Shown here: in pieces, positions 57,801 to 64,000 of the stretch | How the letters are laid out: each line of letters opens with the position of its first letter | Position numbering within the stretch: position 1 is the stretch's first letter | Assembly: GCA_013239625.1 (NCBI GenBank) | Contig: MU053379.1 | Coordinates: 5,516,659 to 5,580,658 of the forward strand | Reading direction: 5' to 3' | From: Lama guanicoe | Taxonomy: Eukaryota | Length of the DNA: 64,000 nt | The notes under the pieces: generated by a model | Seen by the model: only the letters and a program-made list of their open reading frames with translations | The model's database searches: none | Told to the model about the DNA's origin: nothing | Made by a program: the position numbers and the translations under genes

Positions 57801-60228
57801 TGTGTGTGTGTGTGTGTGTGTGTTTGTATATATTGCCGTCTTTTTGTTCTGGTGTGTTGATTTGTATATTTCTTTTTTATTTGCAAAATTTTAGCTTATA
57901 CTTTAGTTATTGTTACATTTATTATATATGATGTCAAAGAACCACAGAAGCATAGATTAGACAACTATGAACACGTTTCAGCTGGCAGTAGTAATGTGTT
58001 TCTTCATCGTGCATAACTTAAATAATTTTCTGTTTGTTGTTACAGGCCAGAACAGTCCTGCGGAATCTTCGTCCAGTTTCGGTTGTTAGTTCAGAAAACA
58101 TGGCAGATCTGTTTCCACTTCTCGTTGAAAAGCTCAGCCAGATGAAAAAGTTACCTGCACTATTTTTTTTGTGAGTCATTTTATTTGTTTTTAGTCATAA
58201 TTTGTATTAGAGTTATTCCTTTAAGTTAAGGAAAGTTGTACAGACTATTCTGTAAAGTAATGTTTATTACTACTTTTGGTGCCCTTTTGTTATCAGAGTG
58301 CAGAGTTTCTAGTTCAGTTCTTAAAAAAATAATTTTACTCGTGCTATTGAAAGATACCGTCTTTATTTGGTTTCCTTCTCCATTTCTTGTTTTCCTTTGA
58401 CTATAAACTACTATATTTTTATTCAGGTCTTGTTAATTTTCAGTAAAGACCTAGATTGTTTGCAAAACAAATTGAACATTTATGCACCCAGTTACCCCAC
58501 ATAAAATTAGAATATCCTTACAACATGCTAGTTTAAGTTCCAAGGTGCCAGGAAGTCCAGACCATGTGTCCCTAAGTATTTCTTCAAAAGGCATAAATCC
58601 CAGACTATGGAGACATTTCTGGATTGTAGAGGCCAGAGGCACCTGGGTTGATCTGGTGTCTAGAAAGAAATAGTCACAATCCAAGAGTTTAGGGTGAGAA
58701 CCCCAAATTCTCTTCATCCTGCCTAAAGGAGCAGAATTTTACTGTATGATCTCAGTTACATGTGGAATCTGGAAAAGCCTAGTTCAGAGAAACAGTAGAT
58801 TAAGGGTTGCCAGGGACATGGGGCTGAGAGAGAGGGGGAGGTGGGCCAAGGTGCAGATCTCAGTTGTGAGAGGAGTTAAGTCCTGGGGGTCTATTCTGAT
58901 GTCCGCACAGTGACTACAGTCAACAGTACAGCATCACACACTTGAAAGTGGCCAAGACAGTAGATTTTCAGTGTTCTCACCATAGGAGGAAAAAGGGTGA
59001 CTATGTGAGGGGCTGGTTCTGTTCACTAACCTTGTTGTGACCATTGTGCTGCACATGCTTATGTCAGGTCACCACGTTGTGCGCCCCAGACATACACAGC
59101 ATTACACATCAGTCATGTCTTAGACTGACAACAAAAGACACGTGGAGAAACACAAAGGAGGCACTAAAATTCACAAAAGATTCGGCCATCAAGAAATCTG
59201 ACTTATTTCACTAAACATAGTATTCTCTAGTGAAGTAAACTAGAGGGAGGAAGACAGATACGGAGGGTATCACTTGTATGTGGAATCTCAAAAATAATAC
59301 ACATCTATATGTGAAAAAGAAACAGGCACACAGACAAAACAAACTTCCGGTCAGCAAAGGGAAGAGGGCAGGGGGAGGACGCACGGTGGGCTGCCATTAA
59401 GAGTACAGACCACTGTGTGTGAGGTATGAGCGGCGAGGATGTCTGTGCAGCACAAGGAGGGATAGTTGTTACTTCTGATAACCTGTGACGGAGCTTAATC
59501 TGCAGAAAGCCTCAATCACTGTACTGTACACCTGGAACTAACATCAAATTATAAATCAACTGTACTTCAATTTTTAAAAAACGGAATCTGGACTTACATA
59601 TATTTACATAATACTAACAGTCTTTGATTTTTTTATGAAGCACAATTAAAGACCAGTGGAATTCAACACAAGAGCAGCTATGAAAACAATACAAATAAAT
59701 TAAAGAGCAAAATTTTTTTTTGTTTTTAAAACATTTTTTTCATCTCTTAAGAGGGGAAGCATCCCTCTCCTATGTGTGAAGAACATCTCTTGTCCCTGTC
59801 CCTTGCCTGGGGATGCCTGACCACTCCTACAGGGACAGCCTCCGGGCTGCTCATTGCCATAACCCCAGGAGCAAGGTCTGGGGCTGGGAGGGGAACTTAC
59901 AACTCACAGACCCAGAACTCCTGGTGTGCCTATTCAGGACAAAACTCCTAAAGATGGGTGTTCAAAACCCCACAGGTAGATGTCAGGATGGCAACCGTGG
60001 ATGGACATGTGATTGAATTTTCTTAATTGCATTATTTTCAAGCCAAGCATTCTTTTTGTTTGTTCCCAGATTTAATTTAGGGGATGTTGAGCAAAGGGCA
60101 GGAAGTGTGAAAACTTTCCTGGAGCAAAAGCAGCAGATAAAAAGGCCCCCCAAGGCTGACAAGGAGGCCTATGATGTGGCCAACAAACTTCGAAAAGTTA
60201 AAAAATCCATGGAGAAACAGAAGACAGT
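18233..60228 (+). CDS. DDX60: DDX60 antiviral DExD/H-box (Ski2-like) RNA helicase; spliced CDS of 25 coding exons, 3'-partial
   Basis: Joined exons give 3557 nt from ATG 18257 (plus 24 nt from ATG 18233) with consistent phases and no stop. The protein contains [17 protein letters not shown], Walker A APTSSGKT, motif Ia [18 protein letters not shown] and motif III SAT, matching remembered human DDX60. DDX60L is a less likely alternative. Confidence 0.9.
18441..18510 (+). CDS. DDX60: Exon 3 ([23 protein letters not shown])
   Basis: cccttag| ... AA|gtgagt; 70 nt; EMSQLIL.EMPKA motif. Confidence 0.92.
18635..18850. repeat. (TG)n(TA)n microsatellites around a short antisense L1 tail and a 47-N assembly gap (18768-18814)
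   Basis: Directly visible. Confidence 0.95.
19290..19479 (+). CDS. DDX60: Exon 4 ([19 protein letters not shown]...IVFFK)
   Basis: ttttag| ... AAG|gtaacg; 190 nt; lies within ORF 19246..19488. Confidence 0.95.
20543..20884 (+). CDS. DDX60: Exon 5 ([13 protein letters not shown]...QMFFQK)
   Basis: cccacag| ... AAG|gtaatt; 342 nt; lies within ORF 20357..21010. Confidence 0.95.
22060..22235 (+). mobile_element. Old L1M 3' end
   Basis: ATGGGTACAGTGTTTCTTTTTGAGATGTTGAAAGCGTTCTAAAATTACATTGTGGTGATG...ATAAAGCTGTTAAAAAAAA. Confidence 0.75.
22456..22572 (+). CDS. DDX60: Exon 6 ([18 protein letters not shown]...KWENMMEE)
   Basis: tttacag| ... GAG|gtactg; 117 nt. Confidence 0.92.
22972..23064 (+). 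mobile_element. Very short young L1 3' end
   Basis: GACATTGTGCTGTACGCCAGAAATTGACA matches the in-window L1 tail near 1853-1880; A tail follows. Confidence 0.75.
23639..23800 (+). CDS. DDX60: Exon 7 ([29 protein letters not shown]...TNTQQ)
   Basis: gtgatag| ... CAG|gtgcga; 162 nt. Confidence 0.92.
24121..24265 (-). mobile_element. MIR relic, GC-shifted
   Basis: TTAAATCCTCACA...GATGGGCACGCTGAGGTTCAGCGGG...GAACCCAGGGCTGTCT follows the order of the MIR core. Confidence 0.6.
24961..25090. repeat. 10-bp-period minisatellite, 13 units, consensus AG(C/G)GTCACGC
   Basis: Units such as AGCGTCACGC, AGGGTCACGC, AGCCTCACGC and AGGGTTACGC are in register. Confidence 0.9.
25128..25286 (+). CDS. DDX60: Exon 8 ([53 protein letters not shown]), GC-shifted
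   Basis: cctgcag| ... ATG|gtgagt; 159 nt, phase 0/0; keeps the EDLC.L.CLT.VFLL..PL.QRA pattern of DDX60; not present in the supplied ORF track. Confidence 0.9.
25467..25723. repeat. Degenerate (NNNGGG)n hexamer array (TCAGGG/CCAGGG/CTGGGG/CGAGGG/CCGGGG)
   Basis: Directly visible; G-quadruplex-prone. Confidence 0.9.
28039..28220. mobile_element. MER5A-like hAT-Charlie element
   Basis: GTGGTTCCCAAAGT...CAGCATCACCTGGGACCTTGTTAGAA...TTTGAGAATCACTG. Confidence 0.8.
28365..28655. mobile_element. MER3/MER33-like hAT relic
   Basis: AATATTTTTATATTGATTACACATTGAAATGATAATATTTTGGATATGTTG. Confidence 0.7.
29378..29519 (+). CDS. DDX60: Exon 9 ([22 protein letters not shown]...YYEEENVQ)
   Basis: ttttcag| ... 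G|gtacca; 142 nt. Confidence 0.92.
30517..30672 (+). CDS. DDX60: Exon 10 ([24 protein letters not shown]...PFPLRTTK...SPIK)
   Basis: atacag| ... G|gtaaga; 156 nt. Confidence 0.93.
31300..33080 (+). mobile_element. Nested old L1 fragments (ORF1 remnants and an L1M 3' end)
   Basis: ORF 31736..31957 [33 protein letters not shown] is ORF1p-like; a 3' UTR-like tract spans about 32050-32545. Confidence 0.75.
33877..33925. repeat. Compound (CTAT)/(CCAT)/(CCTA)n microsatellite
   Basis: Directly visible. Confidence 0.85.
34007..34076. repeat. 35-bp tandem duplication
   Basis: TCAGTGTAAATTTAGATCAATGAAAAAT(A/G)TTTCTT twice, one mismatch. Confidence 0.9.
34177..34282 (+). CDS. DDX60: Exon 11 ([35 protein letters not shown])
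   Basis: ttacag| ... AG|gtatgg; 106 nt. Confidence 0.93.
34738..34853 (+). CDS. DDX60: Exon 12 ([38 protein letters not shown])
   Basis: ctcatag| ... G|gtcagt; 116 nt. Confidence 0.93.
36142..36302 (+). CDS. DDX60: Exon 13 ([27 protein letters not shown]...KSKKAQ)
   Basis: tttttcag| ... CAG|gtagtt; 161 nt. Confidence 0.93.
36405..38510 (+). mobile_element. Decayed LINE-1 (ORF2 pieces with internal deletions plus 3' UTR)
   Basis: ORF2p-like peptides [33 protein letters not shown]...[33 protein letters not shown] and [16 protein letters not shown]. Confidence 0.93.
39879..40131 (+). CDS. DDX60: Exon 14 ([24 protein letters not shown]...[13 protein letters not shown])
   Basis: gggcag| ... 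G|gtgtgt; 253 nt. Confidence 0.93.
41687..41853 (+). CDS. DDX60: Exon 15 ([19 protein letters not shown]...[15 protein letters not shown])
   Basis: gcccag| ... CAG|gtaatg; 167 nt. Confidence 0.94.
42428..42640 (-). mobile_element. LINE-1 3' end
   Basis: GAGTATAGTTAATTTACAGTGTCAGTTTCAGGTGTACAGC...GTAGTTCCCTGTGTTATACAGTAGG. Confidence 0.8.
42693..42851 (+). CDS. DDX60: Exon 16 ([26 protein letters not shown]...[13 protein letters not shown])
   Basis: atcacag| ... CAG|gtaatg; 159 nt; weak pyrimidine tract. Confidence 0.9.
44201..44350 (+). CDS. DDX60: Exon 17 with Walker A ([35 protein letters not shown]...VVVYVAPTK)
   Basis: cctgcag| ... AAG|gtaggg; 150 nt. Confidence 0.95.
44313..44492 (+). 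repeat. ~70-bp tandem triplication of the exon 17 3' end plus 5' splice site
   Basis: GGGGTGGT..G/T..A.GTGGCCCCCA..A.G|GTA occurs three times, with GT at 44351, 44421 and 44490. Confidence 0.92.
44565..44902 (-). mobile_element. L1MA-type 3' end
   Basis: GAGATATAATTGACAT...GAAATGATCACCACAATCAGTTAAC...TATCTTATAACTGGGAG. Confidence 0.8.
46564..46683 (+). CDS. DDX60: Exon 18 ([40 protein letters not shown])
   Basis: aatcag| ... CAG|gtagga; 120 nt. Confidence 0.94.
47739..47834 (+). CDS. DDX60: Exon 19 ([32 protein letters not shown])
   Basis: tttcag| ... GAG|gtgggt; 96 nt; first half of DEVH. Confidence 0.95.
49250..49900 (-). mobile_element. L2 LINE relic
   Basis: GTGCCAGGCACGGTGGGTGCTGGGG...CATTTGACTGGGAACATGGCCTGATCTAG...GCAGAGATTTGAAAGACACTTTTG. 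Confidence 0.55.
50040..50745 (-). mobile_element. LINE-1 ORF2 end/3' UTR abutting the exon 20 acceptor
   Basis: ORF 50441..50635(-) [25 protein letters not shown]...[22 protein letters not shown]. Confidence 0.88.
50754..50869 (+). CDS. DDX60: Exon 20 ([38 protein letters not shown])
   Basis: tttcacag| ... GA|gtaggc; 116 nt; motif III SAT. Confidence 0.95.
51348..51590 (-). mobile_element. MIR
   Basis: CAGGTACTGTTCTAAGTGCTTT...GGAAAATGAGGCACAGAGAGATT...GGCAGCCTAGCTCTAGG. Confidence 0.75.
51685..51827 (+). CDS. DDX60: Exon 21 ([14 protein letters not shown]...KQSYKVRL)
   Basis: tttttgag| ... G|gtaggt; 143 nt. Confidence 0.9.
51924..52033 (+). CDS. DDX60: Exon 22 ([16 protein letters not shown]...[14 protein letters not shown])
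   Basis: ttcccag| ... CAC|gtgagt; 110 nt. Confidence 0.94.
56312..56416 (+). CDS. DDX60: Exon 23 ([35 protein letters not shown])
   Basis: aacgtag| ... CAG|gtaaat; 105 nt. Confidence 0.93.
56905..57033 (+). CDS. DDX60: Exon 24 ([43 protein letters not shown])
   Basis: ttttcaag| ... GAG|gtgatt; 129 nt. Confidence 0.93.
57800..57822. repeat. (TG)n microsatellite
   Basis: Directly visible. Confidence 0.9.
58046..58170 (+). CDS. DDX60: Exon 25 ([10 protein letters not shown]...[19 protein letters not shown])
   Basis: gttacag| ... TT|gtgagt; 125 nt. Confidence 0.93.
58740..59130 (+). mobile_element. L1MA-type 3' UTR
   Basis: TACTGTATGATCTCAGTTACATGTGGAATCT...CACTTGAAAGTGGCCAAGACAGTAGATTTTCAGTGTTCTCACCA. 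Confidence 0.75.
59222..59581 (+). mobile_element. LINE-1 3' UTR with a locally G-shifted segment
   Basis: TATCACTTGTATGTGGAATCT...CTGTACACCTGGAACTAACATC...AATCAACTGTACTTCAATT. Confidence 0.8.
60070..60228 (+). CDS. DDX60: Exon 26 ([21 protein letters not shown]...RPPKADKEA...[16 protein letters not shown]); last exon in the window
   Basis: ttcccag| ... GT|gtaagt; 159 nt. Confidence 0.93.
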
Positions 60229-62247
60229 GTAAGTATGTGGCTAAGCAGATTGATGGTTAGCAGGTGGTTGAAATACTCCACCAGGTCCCAGGAGGAAACA
60301 CACTGAACGTGCTGCAGTGCCGTTCTAGTTGTTGTGTAGACTTACTTGCAAATTGAGTAAACAGGGCGGGAGGACAGGGTAAACGGAAGTGGCCCAATAT
60401 TTACATGTTCCTTAGTCACAGAGGTGAGTCTCCTGGGCCCTGGGAGAGGCCGGAGCACAGCTACAAGCACAGGTAGATAATGTACGTGACAGGAAGCACA
60501 CCTGTGACACAGGTGACTGTGACCCTGTTGGTCCCCAGAGGCGTGGACACAGTCTGCCACAGTGTCTCAGGTCACTGAGGCACCACTGCAGTCACATGAG
60601 TGACCACACAGTGGACAGAACAGCCAGATTTTTGCTTCCTTGTTCTCAGTGTCTGATTTGACCACTCTGGGGCCCAAATGAGCAGTCCCCTGTTACCCTC
60701 TCCGTCCTCAGTCATGGCCAGTTTAAATGCCCCCATATCTTCTGTGGATCACCTCAGAGGTTTCCTCCTCAGACTCCAGAGCGCCACGGCCCACCACCCT
60801 GTGGTCAAGGTAGCAATCAGATGAACTGTTACCCCCACTCAGGGTTCTTTCTTCTTTCTTGCTTCAGGGGTGAGGTCTGGAACTCCTTGGCTGTTGTTGG
60901 TGGGCAGACATGTTTGGGTTTTGCCCTCACTTGGCAGGTTCACTGCCTCCTGCTCCCATCTGACAAGGCTCAGCATGAATCATTCTCCCCACATGGTGCG
61001 TTCTGCTGCCCGTCTCTGCATTCCGGCCCTTCTGCCTGGATGGCCTTCCTGCTGCCCTCAGGCTTCTGCTCTAGTTTTGCTGTGCTCTGAATCTGTGCTC
61101 ACCCTGCTCTCACCTCACATCAAGTTTATAGGTCAAGTGAGATGTCCGGCTATTGTCTTTGCACGTCTGGCTTTCGCCAAGTCCTCGCTCTAGCCCGGCA
61201 GGAACCATGCCTGTTCCTCGTTGCTTGGTAGGTCAGCCTTGTGCCGCTTTGAAACAAATGGGAGTTACTTCCCTCAGTGTTGAAACAGCTTTTAGAGCTT
61301 CTCTGACTCAGATTTCTCAAATTCCGGATTGAGTCAGAAATTGCTGCTGACACACATACTCATGTCCTAATAGCAGTGGGAGATCTCGGCCTTGGCAGTA
61401 ATTGGTCTGCTTTAGACAGCTTCCCCAGGGTGCTTGGGGCGCGATTTCAAGTTGGATTAGTGATCAATTCCAGCTATTAGAAGGAAAAGGATGTTTGGTA
61501 CCTTGTTCAGTGCCATGAGCACACAGAGGGTGGGGGCTCCCACGCTGAGCCCTCCATTTGCATCCGGTGCCGTAGGTGAGGAGTTGGTGCTCCTCGCCTG
61601 GCAGACACGGCCCCTGGACTCATTCTCCCCTTCCACAATCCGATCCTAACGGGGCTGAACATGCCAGGGTGGCGGGAGGATGTGTTTTACTTGGAAAGTT
61701 TGTTACCTCGATTTAAAACTTATAAACAGCTGGACAGCAGTCTGTGAGCCCCAGTATCTCTGCTCCCTACAAAGAGTGGCGCCACGCTTTCCCGGTGACA
61801 GCGTCCTCCCTAAAGGTGAGGGAGTGTTAGTTGAAGGTGAGGATATATATGGTGCGACACTGGTGTGCTCATCGCCTCCTGTTGGAGCTGTCTTGTGTGC
61901 ACAGTCCAGAGACAGTCCCAGGGAGGACCAGGGCTCTGGGGTCTGTAGATGGCAGTACCAGTGAGGAGTGACGGGAAATGCCATCTGATGGCTGAGTCAA
62001 ATCCAGTGTTTAAGGCACGGTGTCCTAGGTCAGGCTCCCCACACCTCAGGGATCTGAGGTGGGGCCCCGTGTAAGTGATCTGTTGAAGGGATGCACCCAT
62101 GAGAGGCCAGTGACAAAGTGATGAAGAGACCTTAGGGTGTGGTTGTTGCTGAAACTTGGCCTCAGCCTGGCCAGTGGCAGGGCAGGGTGGGGGGCGGGCC
62201 TGGGGGCATCGCAGAACCATCCTAGCTGGGGTTTAGGTGGCTGACTC

Positions 62248-64000
62248 CTTTTTTTTTTAACTTTTTTTATTGAGTCATAGTCATTTTACAATGTTGTGTC
62301 AAATTCCAGTGTAGAGCACAATTTTTCAGTTATACATGAACATCCATATATTCATTGTCACTTTTTTTCGCTGTGAGCTACCACAAGATCTTGTATCTAT
62401 TTCCCTGTGCTACACAGTATAATCTTGTTTATCTATTCTACATTTTGAAATCCCAGTCTGTCCCTTCTCACCCACAGCCCCCTTGGCAACCACAAGTTTG
62501 TATTCTATGTCTATGAGTCTGTTTCTGTTTTGTATTTATTTATTTATTTTTTTAAATTCCACATATGAGTGATCTCATATGGTATTTTTCTTTCTCTTTC
62601 TGGCTGACTTCACTTAGAAATGACATTCTCTGGGATCATCCATGTTGCTGCAAATGGCGTTATGTTGTTGGTTTTTATGGCTGAGTAGTATTCCATTGTA
62701 TAGATGCACCACCTCTTCTTTATCCAGTCACCTGTTGATGGACATTTAAGCTGTTTCCATGTCCTGGCTATTGTAAATAGTGCTGCTTTGAACATTGGGG
62801 TGCAGGTGTCATTTTTGAAGTAGAGTTCCTTCTGGATATAAGCCCAGGAGCGGGATTCCTGGGTCATATGGTAAGTCTATTCCTATTCTTCTGAGGAATC
62901 TCCATACTGTTTTCCACAGTGGCTTTCCTTACTTCCCTCTCCCATTCTTAATGATTTAGATGTCTTCTTTTACAATTCTGTGTTTATTCTATTTGGAATT
63001 CTTGGTAGTTATCACCTTTCCAGTTAAGAGTTTCTCATTTTTGTAGCATCCTGCTGCTTTTCTGTTTATAGTAGACCTGTCAGTATTTATTTTAGCATGG
63101 GCTTAATGTTGCCAAACTCTTAGTTTTTGCTTGTCTGTGAAGTTCTTTATCTCTCCTATTCTAAAGGATAGCCTTGCTGGATAGAGTATCCTAGGCTGCA
63201 TCTTTTTTTCATTCAGGACTTTGAATATATCTTGCCACTCCCTTCTGGCCTGTAGTGTTTGTGCAGAGAAATCAGCTGAGAGCCTTATGGGGGTTCCCTT
63301 GTAACTCACTCTTTGTTTTTCTCTTGCTGCCTTTAGGATCATTTCTTTATCTTTGACTCTGGCCATCTTGATTATGATATGTCTTGGTGTGGGTCTGTTT
63401 GGGTTCTTCCTGTTTGGGACCCTCTGAGCTTCCTGTGCTTGGATATCTGATTCTTTCTTTAGGTTTGGGAAGTTTTCAGTCATGATTTCTTCAAATACCT
63501 TTTCAATCCCCTTTGTTCTTTCTTCCCCTTCTGGAACCCCTATTATGCATAGATTGGCACACTTTATATTATCCCATAGGTCCCTTATATTGTTTTCATT
63601 GTTTTTTATTTGTTTTTCTCTCAGCTGTTCTGATTGGGTGCTTTCTGTTGTCCTGTCTTCTAGGTCACTTATTCGTTCCTCTGCATTATCTAGCCTGCTT
63701 TGTACAGCCTTTAGGTCAGCTCTCATCTCAACAAATGAGTTTACTAATTCTACTTGGTTCTCCTTTATAGCTTCTATTTCATTTTTGACATATTTTATAT
63801 CTCTAAACACTATTTCTTTTAGTTCCTTAAGTACTTTGATCACTCCTTTTTTTGAAATCTTGATCTAGTAGGCCATCAGTGCCTATTTCCTTGATTGTGC
63901 TTTCATGGGATTTCTCTTGCTCTTTTAATTGGGAGTGGTTCCTCTGCTTCTTCATATTGCTCATATCTCTCTGGCACCAGTGGACGGGCGGGTCACTCCC
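62248..64000 (-). mobile_element. Young LINE-1 with ORF1 nearly intact and ORF2 largely deleted; continues past the window
   Basis: ORF 63103..63843(-), 246 aa, is ORF1p-like (ISDLEDR, GVPEGEE, RLSADFS, ARREW, YPARLSF). The ORF2 C-terminal end and 3' UTR (62248-62922, CTPMFKAALFTIARTWKQ) join directly to inter-ORF sequence. Confidence 0.92.

Noticed and set aside
18233..60228. Possibility that DDX60 is a pseudogene here
   Set aside because: All 25 coding exons are in phase and stop-free, with intact helicase motifs.
63482..63868. Plus-strand Ser/Leu/Phe-rich ORFs
   Set aside because: Antisense shadow of L1 ORF1.

Overview
Mammalian genomic DNA, most likely a camelid (inferred from a Vic-1-type SINE and the L1 3' ends). 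The window holds the promoter and 25 coding exons of the interferon-inducible Ski2-like DExD/H helicase gene DDX60 on the + strand. The exons were assembled by hand: all junctions are GT-AG, phases agree, and there are no internal stops over about 1,190 codons. The gene runs off the right edge. The promoter is a CpG island with tandem ISREs (about 13.4 kb). The rest is mostly L1, LTR, MIR/L2 and hAT relics, microsatellites and one 47-N gap. There is no prokaryotic-type system, CRISPR array or RNA gene. The most unusual signals are: (1) an intragenic GC/CpG island at about 24.1-25.9 kb that engulfs exon 8, whose residues are shifted toward Arg/Ala/Pro/Gly as expected from GC-biased gene conversion, and which carries a 10-mer minisatellite, a telomere-variant hexamer array and a poly(A)-tailed possible composite retroposon; (2) a ~70-bp triplication of the exon 17 3' end, which creates a candidate 39-nt in-frame cassette exon repeating helicase motif Ia with only synonymous changes; (3) an L1 that keeps ORF1 but lacks most of ORF2. 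Homology and repeat-family names come from remembered sequences, not database searches. Exon numbers assume one non-coding first exon.
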